The position numbers and the translations under genes were made by a program. Shown here one piece after another: positions 16,687-30,829 of a stretch of 64,000 nucleotides of DNA (its first letter is position 1; each line of letters opens with the position of its first letter). The notes under the pieces were generated by a model. It searched no databases, was not told the origin of the DNA, and worked only from the letters and a program-made list of their open reading frames with translations. Source of the stretch: the human T2T-CHM13v2.0 reference genome, Homo sapiens. The DNA is taken from the NCBI RefSeq assembly GCF_009914755.1, contig NC_060925.1. One strand, written 5' to 3'.

Positions 16687-18939
16687 CTGTGTATTTGTAT
16701 GCACATGTATCTAGGACTCTGTGGTAAGAAAGGACACACATTTCCACCCATTACCGGAGAAAACAGGAGCAAGAACAAGACTGACAAATCCAGTCAATGT
16801 ATAAAAAGGAGTGAGAGAGGAGAAGGAGGGGAGGAAGTCAATACACGTAAGAAGCCAACCCTTTCTTAACTGTGCCTGCCTTCCTGGGTTCACCTTGCTC
16901 TGTTTTAGAGTCCACACAATAGCCTGTGCTTTGTCTTCAAGGAAATCCATGAGGCATCATTTCTACCTGTACACTGCAGAAATCAATTCTGTATAACTTC
17001 CTCCTTTTGCTAAATCCCTGAGATGCTGCCTATAAATTCAAAGAATTTCAAGCATCAACAATAACCCCTACCCCCACCCTAGAACTTAGTTATGAACATC
17101 TGTTGTTTACAAGGGTTCGGGCTGAGAGCTGCCAGACTTGTTCTGCAACCTCTACTTTACCACAGAGGCTGCCAGGGAGGGATGTCTGAATTTCATGCAA
17201 GGATGCCCTGTCCCGACTGCTTAAGCAGGAATCAGCAAACACAGCTCAGCATCCTACTGTTGAAGATAATCCTAGTTTGTTCGATTCATTTTCTAATCCT
17301 GGCTCTTTAACCAGCTGCACCCTAAATATATTAAGACGCAGAACTGTGCTCATTGATTCTCCCTGAATTTAAAACCCAAGGAGCAACGACAGTGGAGATG
17401 TATAAAAGGAGGAGCTAGCAGAAAAGATGAACCTATTTCAACTCTGAAAAACCCAAATCCTACTTTTTTTTTCATTCTCTCTAAATCTTTCGTTAACAGT
17501 GAGTCCTTCCCATGTCACACTGTTTCTTTTCAATGTGTGATACTTCTGTGCAGTGTAGGAATTAGATATTAAAGTCTTTACTTCAATTAACCAGGGAACA
17601 AATCTAATTGAGAACATAACTATACTATCTTTTACCTTTCCCTGACTGAACCAAGTACAAGTCCCTCCTGAGTACTCCACCTTTCTTCTTTTCCTGGTGA
17701 CTACTGGAACCTGCTTTAAATGGGGTGCTATTTTTAAATTCCTGTGCACATGTGTTCTTATTATTCTCTCTCAGCCTGCCCGATTTCCCCCATTTCAATT
17801 ATAAAAACACGTATGGCAGAGACTGTCTTTTCTTCTTATCTTGTAAACCCTTCCCACTTAACACAGTCAGCTCCCAATAAGATGACACAGCTTTTGCCTT
17901 GAAAAGAGAACTGGATCAAAGTAAATTCATTTAATTGGCTGCGAATTCCTGAGAATTAAAAATCCCAAGAACACATTGCCTAGTAGTAGTTAGACACATT
18001 GCTTCCTGTGTCTGCTACAGAATTATTATGGGGCTTACAGGAGCAGAGAAAAGGAAAACTAAAAGCTCCCCGCACACTAGCACTGTTGTCAAGGAACGTG
18101 ATCACTACTGTCTTTGCTCCATGGAGCTGAACGCCTGAGGTATGGCCTGCTGACATTCCAGTGGCAAATCCTAGGAGACACAGGAAACTCTCAGGAGTCT
18201 CCAACATCCTCCCAATTGCTCATAAAAGCATATTTTGCTTCTAACCTGCCCTCTTATCATTCCCTACCCTAAAAGGAAGATATAAAGCCATTTATGCAGA
18301 AGCTTGGGAGCTTCTGTTTGGCCTCATGAGACAAACAACCCAGTAAACCACATACTGTTATGTTCATGACTAAGGTTTGTACTGCACTGGCCTGCTGGCC
18401 TCGATGGTAGATACTGCAGGAGGCTGAATAGGACTGGCCTTCTTTTATTTGCCCAAGTCAAAATTGGGACCTGTGGGTCTCAACAGTATATCTTTATAGA
18501 AACTCAGCAATTTGGCAATAGGGCTAACTATTAACTCCAAGAGGACGAGAAAATCAGAGAGTGGTTGTATGACAAATGTCTTCCTCTTCATGATTATGAG
18601 CCTGGATCTAAAAGTAACCCACCAAGGTTGAACTATATGACACCTTACAGAACAAAACATACAATTGCTGAGTTTTTATAGGGACTGACCATGCAATTAC
18701 ACAGAGTCACATAATTGCCTATGTCCTGCCCAATGTAGCTATACCATAAAAATCAGGGTAGGGGATGAATTTGTCATTCATGAGGGCCCACAGGGGTCTG
18801 AAGAAAATGGAAACTGACATATTACCCAGCCAGGCTTAGGAATACTTAACTCTGCACAAGGAATGACTAGTGTATCTAATATACCAGTGTTTTACCCAGT
18901 ACAGCTGTGCTCAGGCCCAAATCCTGAGGATAGGGATAA

Positions 18940-19465
18940 TAGTTGCTACTATTTACATTTACTATGTGCCAAGCTGTCCTAAGTGTTTCACATATTATTA
19001 ATTCACTTAACCAGCATAACAACTCCATAAGGTAGTTATGAATATTATCTTCATTTTGCAAACGAGGATACTGAGGTGATTAAAACCTTTCATCTAAAAT
19101 CACACAGCAAGTAAGTGGGAGAAATCCAGGATTGTGAACCCAGGAAATCTGGTTCCCAGAACTTGTGATCTTAACTATCAGGGCTGACTCTTCTGTGGCT
19201 GATCTTAACTATCAGGATTGACTTTTCCTGATAATTATATCAGCTACCATTTATTGAGCATCCATTAAGTCACAAACATTAGCTAGTGCTGTATATACAT
19301 TATATATATCCTTAGAAGGATCCTTCAAGGTAAGTATTACTGTCAACATTTCACAGGTAAGAAATTGAGGCTAACAGGGGTTAAGTGACTTGCTTAAGGT
19401 CACAAGCTAGGAGTAGAAGAGACAAGATTCAGACCCAAGTTTTTCTGGCTCAAAGCTCTGGTTTT
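18940..19465 (-). mobile_element. Two adjacent MIR fragments
   Basis: 'cattttgcaaacgaggatactgagg' and 'catttcacaggtaagaaattgaggct...ggttaagtgacttgcttaaggtcaca' match the antisense MIR core. Confidence 0.7.
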
Positions 19466-20764
19466 TCCCACACAAAGTCACAAAGCTTCCCAAAGAACTT
19501 TTAACTGAATTCTTTCTCTCTTCCAAAGACTGGATCACCCTGTCTTGCTGATTCCCAAATGGCCTTCTTGCGTCTCTTCCATTCTGCTTTACCCATGTGT
19601 GAGAAGTCCTCCCAACTCTTCCTCCAAAAAGGACTCAACAATGACCTAAGGTTCTACATGAACTGGGCCCATGCAAAACACACCAAAGAACCTTCTGTTA
19701 ATTTCTGAACAAAGGCATCTTGAGCCATGGAGAAGGGAAGCCAACCCTTGCAACACCAGATGCTACATCTGGGCAAAATCTTTCCTGAGGGAACAAACAG
19801 CTCCCAAATATGTCCAAAATGAGTGAGTGATGCACTGGTCCCAGGAAGTCAGGGGTTTTCCCTCCCGGGAGCTTCATGTTTCCTGGTACTTTCCTTCTCA
19901 AGGTCACTCCATAAGTCAATGAGGAACCTTCTGGTCTTCCACCCTTTTCCGATTTGCAACCACAACTATAACATTTTCCATGGCCAACTGACTCTATGCT
20001 TTTCAACCCAATGCTATCCTGTGAGACTGGTGAATGACTTTGAACTCAACTCCAGGGGAGGAACCCATCCGCAGTAGTGATGTAACTACAGAGATGGCGC
20101 ACATTCAAATACTGGGCCTGAAGCCGAGAACACAGACTCTACAATAATTTTTCTTTAATTAATTGTGTAACTAACCTCCCACTGAAAGGAGTATTGCAGG
20201 TTGAATGTCTACCAAATTCTTAAGATACCTAGGCCCTGCTCCCTCACATCACTTCCAATAGTGACACAACTGATAACCAGCCAAACAAGAAAGTTTACTT
20301 TCTATGTCTACCTCCTTGATATTCTGCTAATTTAATATTAGTGAAAATAGGAGATTGTCTTATTCTTCTCTATCTCCAGTACTAAACCCAATTCCTGATA
20401 CATAATTAGGTTCCCAAAATGTATACTCAATGATACACAAATAAATATATCATTTAAATTCCTTTATACACTCTGTAATCTGAGTATCACAGATGATACA
20501 AAGGAAGTTTCCCCTTTGTTCTTCTAAACTCTTACTATTGGAAATCACAAATATTTCCACAGTTTCAACCATCCCCTCTGTGCACGTGTGCAAATCTCTA
20601 CCAACAGCCAAAAAATCTCTTTAGCCCTGCATACAGCCATTCATTTTGTCAACTACTAGAAATTTTAGCTTCAATACTCTTCCAACACCTTAAACTTAAA
20701 ATCCAAAACCAAATTTCTCATATTTTACTCCTTCAAAAACAATTCTTTCTCCTAACTTCTGTTA

Positions 20765-21156
<392 letters not shown>

Positions 21157-23929
21157 TTATCAATCACCCAAGTCAAAAAGACACTTTACAGACCTCTTTC
21201 TTTTATGGCTTCCAAGCTCACTTGAAACCTGAATCCCATCAGTCAGCAATTCCTGTAGATTCTTCCTGCACCAGGTGCTTTCCGTCTGTCTCTAGACTGT
21301 AAGCTCTAGGAGTACAGGGGTGGGTATCTGGCATGTGTCTGGCACATGGTAAGAAGATATATATTTGCTAAATGGACAGAAGGATAAATTCCCCTTCTTT
21401 TCATTCCTACCATCCCAACCTAATTTAGATCCTTATGATCTACTGCAGCAACTGGTTTCCTTGGTCTCATGTTTCTTGTCATTTAGCAAACTACCACTAG
21501 GTTAATCTTCCTTAATCAGAATTCATACTTATTTAAACCATCAGTGGTTTCCAGTGTCTATTGCATAGAGCCAAATCCCTAATCAAGGGTCAAGGCCCTC
21601 CACAATACAAACCCATCTACCTTTGTCCACTTCTTCCACATCCACTTATTCTCCCAGCTAAACCAGTCTACTCACTGTACCTCAAAAGTGCTTTGTTCTT
21701 TCTTCTAGCTGTGCCCCTTTTTCCTAGAGTATCTTCCCCTCCCTCTCAAGAGCCATTTTCTTTAAAGCTTTGTTCAAATCTCATTTCCTTACTGAAGTTT
21801 CCTGTCTACATCAACTGAGCCTCATCTCTTCTGCAGCATATACTTAGTACTTACTACATATAGCCTTATGTTGAAGATTTGTATTCTTGTATTTGAATTT
21901 AATTTCTCCCTGACTAGATTATAATTTCATATGGGAAAGAACTACTCCTTTTATTTCTTTGGATCTCTGTCCTCTAAGAGTTTAGAACAAAACCTCTAAA
22001 ATAGTCAACAAATATGTGTTGAGGAGAGAAAGAAGCTGGGAGAAACGCTGAAAAGATACTGACAGTGGGTTATAAAATAGCAGAAGGTCTCTGCAAGGAA
22101 CACAGCAGGACAGAAATGTAGAAGTATTGCTCTAAAAACTCAACAGAAAAAAAAAAGCTACCTAAAAAATGAGCTATTAAAAGCAGGAGATCAAAACCAA
22201 GTGAGCTATGACTGAAAGGTAATTTACAGCAAGTCTATTTAAAAAAAAAAACAAACAAACAGCCAATGCATTATCAATTAGAGTCCTGCTGGGCCATATT
22301 AACACAGATTCCACTTAAAAGAGACAATCAAAGGCTCAGCAACGCATAGGAATACATTTATGCTCTTCAAGGAGCCAAAGAAAATGCAAGAACATCTTCC
22401 CTAGAAAGGCTTCCTACCCTCGCATAATACTTTACCACTGCTCTTAATCAAACCAGGCTGACAGAATTTCAGACATTAGCAGGGTCTTCCCACAATTCAC
22501 AGGGATGGGGAAAGCCATGTTACCTGTCTTAAACAAAGCAGAATAACATAGGGTCAAATAATCGCTACAGTTCTATCTGCAGCATCTCTCATTCTCTGGG
22601 GGAAGGAGAAAGAAGGAGAGGGATGGAACCAGAGGGTCAGGCTGCCATGGAGTCAGAACTGTACAGGCTTTAATGAGGATATCTGCACTGAGCGCAATGT
22701 GGGAGAGGACAAAAGGTGAGCAGGAGCAGAGCAGAGTAGGAAGCAAAGCCAAAGGCTGACAGCGTAATGGCTTCCAGGGGAGGAGGTGTCCAAAAGATGA
22801 AGAAAGCAGTTCAGCAGCGTCCATCCCTAAATGCAATCACTTAGAACTGTAAGAAAATACCCAACCTAACGCAGTATGAGTGGCTGAAACCCAGCCAGGG
22901 TAAGAAAGTGGCCTGGAAAAGGGTGAGATGAATCCATGTGGACTGAATTCAGCCCTGGCCAACCTGCTGCATCCCAAGTTGAATAGTTTCCACGTCCCTG
23001 AGATGGGTCTGTTCAGAGTTGCTGCTGGCAGCTGCTCTCCTGGCAGTACAGGAAGACAAATTCATGGCATTGCTAGCCCAACAGCTGCTACAGCTCCGGG
23101 GGAGGTGATGAGTGCCCACTGAGATGTTCTGGGCAGAGAATGAACTATTCTGGGACCAGTCCTAGAGTCAGCAAAATCAAGGCTACAGTTCACCGACTGA
23201 ATGAAAATACAGTACTATTGTCACTCCAGAGACCCAGGAAACCAAGAGCACTTTCTCTGTCCCAGCTTCTTTGAATTCCATTGATTCTTGTCCTCACACT
23301 TGGCCCCATCTTGTCTATTTCCAAGGGTATGACCTCAGTTTCAGCCCACATTAACCTCACCACTGGACTCCTTTCTTAACAGGTCCTCCTCCTTCCAGTC
23401 TCTCTGCTCCAATTGATCATATGCATCGTTGCCATAGTTACCCTTCGAAAGCACAGCCATAATTATGTTCCTTGCTCAAAAACTATCAATGGTCCCCCAT
23501 GCTTACAGAATAAAGCCCGAACCCTGTCGCCTGGCATTCATAGACCTCTTTAATCTTCTGGCCCCTATCTTTTCCAGGTTTATTTCACTATCACATTTAT
23601 AATTACTGTTCTTCAGCAAAACAGATAAGTTATCCATCAGCCTTTGTTCTCACTTCTGTTAGCCTTTTCTAATACTGCTCTATCTAAAATGCTTCCTTTC
23701 CCATCTTTTCACCTTCTTTCTACAACTTCTCCATTGTCTCAACTGTATTAAGCTTAAAGGATCAATGCCTAGCATTGGCACTTTAATTTTTTTATCTCCC
23801 ATCCATTGAACTTGACCTCCCTAAAGCCCTCTCCAGTCCTCCAATCAGAAGAAATCTCTCTTCTTTGTGCACCTGTGGCACTCTGTATGGATGGGTGGCC
23901 ATGGTCTTTCCTACACTTGTCCTTTCATA

Positions 23930-24370
23930 CACCATGGCAGATGCTGCTGATTGTCCCCCAATATTTCCCCTTCTTCTATATTAAGAGAAACTCTACTTTA
24001 TAGTCACCCAGAACAATAACTACACTTCCCAGCCTCCCTTGCAGTTCAGCATAACCATGTGACTAAGTTCTGGCCAGTCAGATATGAGTTGAAGAGCTGT
24101 GTGTGCCACTTCCAGAGTGCACCTTTAAAAAATAAGGCCATACCTGCCCCTCGTCCTGTTGCCTTTTCCTGCTGGCTGGAATGAGAACATGGTGGCAGTG
24201 AGCCATCTTGGGTCATACAGAAAAGGATAACACTCTCGGGATGGAATAAGAAGCCTGACAGCCCTGGATGGCTAACACCTAGACTATGACATCAGAGAGA
24301 AATCAACCTCTATCTTGTGTATGCCATTATTACTTGGGGTCTATTACATCAGCCAAACTTATATCTTTAC
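23930..24370 (+). mobile_element. Old MaLR LTR (MLT1-like)
   Basis: 'acttcccagcctcccttgcagtt...accatgtgactaagttctggcca...gagccatcttggg...gagagaaatcaacctctatcttgt'. Confidence 0.6.
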
Positions 24371-26040
24371 CAAATCAGACATGCCTAAGATGCCTTTCCT
24401 ATGCCAATGTCAAATTTTCAGTTGCCAGCAAATGTTTCAAGCTTGTCTTAGTGCTGCTGACTGCCAGGTACCAATTCTGTTTCAGCAGGATGGTTGTCTC
24501 TGCACAGCAATGCTTGTGCTGTGCACACATTTTAACACTTGGTTATCTTTTGCAACACAAAAATGAGTGGAAATGGAAAAACAAAAGTGCTGTTACTAAT
24601 GTTGCATTGAGGCATTGAGAAGTAGAGGTCTCATCACTGTACTACTAAGATAAGGGCAGAACTCATCAGCTACGTGGACTCTTTAGGTATTCACTGAACT
24701 TGAGCAGGCAGGCCATGAGTTTAATGGTGGAAAAACAAACAGAACTAAAGACAAGGTATACAATGCTAAAAATATATCAGGTGAGGGATAATTTGGAATT
24801 TCACATATACACTTATTTATAATAATAGAACCTACCTACCCCACATAAAACTGTAGTTAGACATTCAACCATTTGACTTCTGTATACACTTTTAGGAATA
24901 AATTATGCATGAAAGTAGGATGTTGCCTGAGCCTCTCTTATTGAGTTTCTCACCACCTTGCCTGTATTAAATGCATTTGTACATATGTTCTATCTCCTCT
25001 TCTACCAGGCTGTACCATATGAAATTGCCATTTTGCCTTACAAAAAAAACCAGCAATTTCATATGTTTCACCCTAAGAGATTGAAAACATTTGGGTTTGG
25101 GGCTTGTTTTAGTCATCTTTGCATCTCTCACAATACCTTATACATGAGAGAGTATCAATAAGAAATTGCTCTTACAGATCTTCTACTTAAAACACTTCTA
25201 GTTCCATCAGACGCCACTTTCCCACCTTACCTTCTACCCTGTGCCTTAAAAAACAAAACTATTCTCTCTCTCTTCAGGTAGCTTTTGCTTCTCCTCATAG
25301 TAACTTTTACTACCAATGCAAAACTTTTATTGTCTAAGCCTGGGGTCCTGGATTTAGCTCTTTGTTCTCCTCTTTCTCTTCCCTGAATTCATATACTTTC
25401 ATCTCTCCCACAATCACTTTTACTCCGAAGATTCTGCTAGCTATCCCCAGTCATAACCTCTTACCTCAGCAGTATGCCATCTCCACCTGGATACCTGATG
25501 GCCTCGTACTGCTCTACACCCAAAATGTTCAAAGTAGGATCACCATTCAAAACAGATCTTCCCTCAACACCCCCACTTCTATCGTGAATGCCACAATTCT
25601 TCTAGGTCACCAGGGTAGAGACACTGGGTCACCTCTGACCATTATGGTTCTATGCTTTATCCAGTCAGTTATCCAGTCCTATTTAGTTTCTTGAATACCT
25701 TCTGAATATATTCCTACTTCCTTTCCACTCCCCCCACTTTTTTTTTTTTTTTTTTTTTTTTGCTCTTACTTTGTGTGTAGATTACTCCAAAACCTTCATC
25801 CTGGCCTTCTGTTTTCCTCGTGTCTCTCTCCCCACCTAAGAACCCAGAGGACCCACTAAAATGCTGCCACACCCAATCTGAACTTCTCTGCTTGCTATCA
25901 AAGGGCTATCATTTGGGGTCTACTCTACTTATTTAACCTTATTTTCCACTGCTCTTGAAAATAGCTGTGTTCTCATATCTCTACTAAAGCTCTTTTCACA
26001 TTATACTATTTACATAGCTCTTTTCCCTGTTAACCAGGGA

Positions 26041-26331
26041 TTTTTTTTTTTTTTTAGACACAGGGTCTCACTCTGTCACCCAGGCTGGTGTGCAGCGGTG
26101 CAGTCATAGCTCACTGTAGGCTCCAACTCCTGGAGTGAAGCGATCTTCCCACCTCCTGAGAAGTTAGGACTACAGGCGTGCATCACCATGCTGAGCTAAT
26201 TTTTTATTTTTTGTAGAGATGGGTTCTTGCTATGTTGCCTAGGCTGGTCTCAAACTCCTGGCCTCAGGAGATCCTCCTATCTTACCCTCTCAAAGTGCTG
26301 GGGTTACAGGCATAAGTCACCATGCTCCGCT
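26041..26331 (-). mobile_element. AluJ-like
   Basis: Diverged antisense dimer. Confidence 0.88.
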
Positions 26332-27861
26332 TAAACAGGAATTCCTAAGTTTATGTTAGTTCCTATAGGAATCAACACAGAGCACAGTACTCAGTAGGTA
26401 TTTAAAAGTAATTTGTTGAATAAGTAGACTGATTGTTACCCAGAATATGATCAGGCAGGAAGCTATTGGAGTAAACCAGCTATAAAGTGGAAAAGTTGCC
26501 CTCTTCCAGGTTCTTGTGCCACCTTGTATTAAATACTTTCCTTCCACAACACTTACCCCAACTTTAAATTACATATCTAATTGTGTGATTTGTTAAATGC
26601 CCATTTCTTCATCTAAGTGCTAAGTGCTAAGTGTAGCAGTTTGTTCCCTGCTACACTCCAAGGCACAAAGGAGTTCAAGGAATGTGCAATGGAAATCAGT
26701 TAGATGAATGTGTTAGGAACCTTCCCTTTAATAAAGCTGGATCCCACACTAGCCCCTACACCCTCTCATCACCAAATATTCCTGCTTCCTCTCACCTGCA
26801 CTTGCTGTTCTCTCCTCTGCCACACAAATCTACCTCTCAAGCCTAGGTCCCACCTGCTTCATGACAACTTTCCAGACTATTCCAGAACCTTTAACCATCT
26901 CTGACCTCTCATCAGATCTATGTTGTACATAACACCAATTAATGAGATCATTACTGCTTTATGCTCTAATTGCTTCCTGTATTCAAAATCTTCTCTCCAA
27001 CCACATAATGACTCCCTAAACTTCTCTTGTATTTTCCAATGCCTTGTACAAGCACAGAACTGGTCAATCAATAAATACTCACTGGTTATTTGAGGAAAAA
27101 ATGTTGCCAAGCACCATCTTTATCAGAAAATAAATCAATTCTTCTAAACTTGGAGAAATCACCCTATTCCTAGTATGTGATCTTAATTAGAACAATTCAG
27201 ATTGAGAGGTGACAGCATGCTGGCAGTCCTCAGAGCCCTCGCTTGCTCTCGGCACCTCCCCTGCCTGGGCTCCCACTTTGGTGGCATTTGAGGAGCCCTT
27301 CAGCCTCCCCCCTGCACTGTGGGAGCCCCTTTCTGGGCTGGCCAAGGCTGGAGCCCACTCCCTCAGCTTGCAGGGAGGTGTGGAGGGAGAGGCACGAGCG
27401 GGAACCGGGGCTGCGTGCGGCGCTTGCGGGCCAGCTGGAGTTCCGGGTGGGCTTGGGCTTGGTGGGCCCCGCACTCGGAGCAGCCGGCCAGCCCTGCTGG
27501 CCCCGGGCAATGGGGGACTTAGCACCCGGGCCAGTGGCTGCGGAGGGTGTACTGAGTCCCCCAGCAGTGCCGGCCCATCGGCGCTGTGCTCGATTTCTCG
27601 CTGGGCCTTAGCTGCCTTCCTGCGGGGCAGGGCTCGGGACCTGCAGCCCGCCATGTCTGAGCCTCCCACCCACTCCATGGGCTCCTGTGCGGCCGGAGCC
27701 TCCCCGACGAGCACCACCCCCTGCTCCATGGCGCCCAGTCCCATCGACCACCCAAGGGCTGAGGAATGCGAGCGCACAGCGCAGGACTGGCAGGCAGCTC
27801 CACCTGCAGCCCCGGTGCGGGATCCACTAGATGAAGCCAACTGGGCTCCTGAGTCTGGTGG

Positions 27862-28460
27862 GGACGTGGAAAGTCTTTATATGTAGCTCAGGGATTGTAA
27901 ATACACCAATCAGCACCCTGTGTTTAGCTCAAGGTTTGTGAGTGCACCAATCGACACTCTGTATCTAGCTGCTCTAGTGAGGACGTGGAGAACCTTTATG
28001 TCTAGCTCAAGGATTGTAAATACACCAATCGGCACTCCATATCTAGCTCAAGGTTTGTAAACACACCAATCAGCACCCTGTGTTTAGCTCAAGGTTTGTA
28101 AGTGCACCAATCGACACTCTGTATCTAGCTGCTCTGGTGAGGACATGGAGAACCTTTATGTCTAGCTCAAGGACTGTAAATACACCAATCGGCACTCTGA
28201 ATCTAGCTCAAGGTTTGTAAATACACCAATCAGCACCCTGTGTTTAGCTCAAGATTTGTGAGTGCACCAATCGACACTCTGTATCTAGCTGCTCTGGTGA
28301 GGATGTGGAGAACCTTTATGTCTAGCTCAGAGATTGTAAATACACCAATCAGCACTCTGTATCTAGCTCAAGGTTTGTAAACACACCAATCAGCACCCTG
28401 TGTTTAGCTCAAGGTTGGTGAATGCACCAATCGACACTCTGTATCTAGCTGCTCTGGTGG
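27862..28460 (+). repeat. LTR12C U3 enhancer array: one partial plus three 160-bp higher-order units built from ~41-bp CCAAT-bearing subunits
   Basis: Units 27981-28140, 28141-28300 and 28301-28460 each begin gga(c/t)(g/a)tggagaacctttatgtctagctca and contain three CACCAATC motifs. Confidence 0.92.
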
Positions 28461-28539
28461 GGCCTTAGAGAACCTGTGTGTCAAAACTCTGTATCTAACT
28501 AATCTGATGGGGAGGTGGAGAACCTTTGTATCTATCTCA

Positions 28540-28660
28540 GGGATTGTAAATGCACCAATCAGCACCCTGACAAAACAGGCCACTCGGCTCTACCAATCAG
28601 CAGGATGTGGGTGGGGCCAGATAAGAGACTAAAAGCAGGCTGCCCGAGCCAACATTGGCA
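28540..28660 (+). promoter_or_regulatory. LTR12C core promoter region (proximal CCAAT boxes, GC/GT box, GATA site, TATA-like element)
   Basis: CCAATC at ~28555 and ~28593, GGGTGGGGCC, then AGATAAGAGACTAAAAGC. The layout is known for ERV9 LTR promoters; activity is not shown by sequence. Confidence 0.65.
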
Positions 28661-30155
28661 ACCCGCTCGGGTCCCCTTCCACACGGTGGAAGGTTTGTTC
28701 TTTTGCTTTTTGCAATAAATCTTGCTAGTGCTCACTTTTTGGGTCCATGCTGCTTTTATGAGCTGTAACACTCACTGCAAAGATCTGCAGCTTCACTCCT
28801 GAGCCCAGCGAGACCACAAGCCCACCGGGAGGAACGAACAACTCCAGACGCGCTGCCTTAAGAGCTGTAACACTCACCGTGAAGGTCTGCAGCTTCACTC
28901 CTGAGCCAGTGAGACCACGAACCCACCAGAAGGAAGAAACTCCGAACACATCTGAACATCAGAAGGGACAGACTCCAGACACACCACCTTAAGAGCTGTA
29001 ACACTCACCGCGAGGGTCCGCGGCCTCATTCTTGAAGTCAGTGAGACCAAGAACCCACCAATTCCGGACACAAGATGACTTGGAGATTAACACATCTGAA
29101 CCTTAATTTGTAACAAATACGTCCATAAGCTGAGAATATGATACAGTACTAAAAATCAAATGCTATTTTAAATTTAGGATGAGATTACCAACAGAATAAA
29201 TCCAACTTTGAATCATTTTCTAAAGCAAATGATTCCTCCCCTAAGTCTTCATTTATCACATACTAAAATAACATTTTTTTATCAGATGATTCTCTTATCA
29301 TAAAGAGAATAAGACTTGGGAAAGATAAGAAACTCTGAGGAAAAAAACATCTGGAGGAAATTTTCATTCTGGCTTATTTTGAGATGTCATGTTCTCCTCA
29401 ACCTTAACCCCATCTTCATTGCACAGAGCTGGCTTTTAAAGGATAATTTGTGTCCTGTATTATTAAGGCAATAAACAAAAATAGAAAATGGGGAAAATAA
29501 GATACACTTGGCACTAATTTCAAATTCATTCATTCATTTATTTATTCCACAATATTTAGTGAGCATCTACTATACACCACATATTATACTAGGCACTGTG
29601 GGACACCAGAAGATCAAACAAACTTATACAGTCCACTCAGAGAAGATAACAGAAGGTAGATAGTGCTGAATGCCCTAAGAGAAGAACAAATAAAATGCTG
29701 TAAGAATTCAGAAGATGGAGAACTTTCTTCCTTCTGGGAGAATCAGGAAAGTTTCCTGGAACAGGGAGCACCTGAGATGGGTCTTAAGACATGGGCATGA
29801 CTTAGACATGCAAAGATGGAAAGACTGACCACATAACCTCAAGTAACAGGATGCCAGTGACTCACTGGAGTGAATGTTCTGTTTGGCTCGGGTATAGTGG
29901 AACAGAAACAAGAAATAAGGTTGGAAACCTGTTTGAGGCTTTCCAGATGTAGAGGGGCTTAAAGACCAAGCCAAAAAGTGTGCACCTTTGTGAATGGAAC
30001 AGCATTTCCCAAATGTCAATGTGCACACAAATCACATGCTATGTTGTGGGATCTTGTTATAGTAGGACTGGAGTAGGACCTGAGATACTGCATTTCTAAC
30101 AGTACAGATGAAGCTGACACTGAGAAACTACAATTTGATATCAAAAACATAGATG

Positions 30156-30475
30156 GGCTGGGTGTGGTGGCTCACACCTGTAATTCCAGCACTTTGGAAG
30201 GATGAGGTGGGAGGATCACTTAAGGCCAGGAGTTTGAGACCAAACTGGGCAACATAGCGAAACCCTGTCTCTACAACAATTAAAATAAAATAAAAATAGC
30301 TGGGTATGATGGTGCACACCTGCAGTCCCAGCTACTCAGGAGGTAGGCTGAGGCAGGAGGATCACTAGAGCCCAAGAGTTTGAGGCTGCAGGGAGCCAAG
30401 ATCACGCTATTGTACTTCAGCCTGGGTGACAGAGCAAGACCTTATCTCTAAAAATAATAATAATCATAATAAAAA
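30156..30475 (+). mobile_element. AluJ-like
   Basis: Diverged full dimer with (TAA)n-type tail. Confidence 0.88.
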
Positions 30476-30602
30476 GAACATAGACAATGGAGAGACATTG
30501 AAAGTTTTGCAGAAAGAAATTCTCTGATCGCCAGTGTGTTCCAGGAAGATTAACTCCGATCACAATGGAGCAGGCAGATTGGAATGGAGAGAAACTGTAG
30601 AC

Positions 30603-30821
30603 CAAGCTTGTCCAACCTACGGCCTGTGGGCTGCATGGGGGCCAGGATGGCTTTGAATGCAACCCAACGGAAATTTGTAAACTTTCTTAAAATATTATGA
30701 GGTTTTTTTGCAATTTTTTTTAAGCTCATCAGCTATTGTATTAGCATATTTTATGGGTGGCCCAAGACAATTCTTCTTCTTCCAATGTGGCCCAGGGAGA
30801 CCAAAAGATTGGACACCCCTG
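30603..30821 (-). mobile_element. MER30 hAT-Charlie MITE with 8-bp TSD
   Basis: TIRs CAAGCTTGTCCAA ... TTGGACACCCCTG. TSD CTGTAGAC (30595-30602) / CTGTGGAC (30822-30829). Confidence 0.88.
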
Positions 30822-30829
30822 CTGTGGAC

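Larger units (their letters stand above)
27203..29072 (+). mobile_element. Solo LTR12C (ERV9/HERV9 LTR), 1870 bp
   Basis: Starts TGAGAGGTGACAGC and ends CCAATTCCGGACACA, with a perfect 4-bp TSD AGAT (27199-27202 / 29073-29076). It has a GC-rich 5' U3, a CCAAT tandem array, AATAAA at 28714 and U5 repeats 'agctgtaacactcac'. Confidence 0.96.

Noticed and set aside
27187-27886. Several 100-225 aa overlapping ORFs on both strands
   Set aside because: They lie in the GC-rich U3 of LTR12C, where stop codons are rare, and resemble no protein family.
27862-28460. Regular repeat array superficially like CRISPR
   Set aside because: There are no unique spacers or cas genes; it is the ERV9 LTR enhancer tandem array in human DNA.
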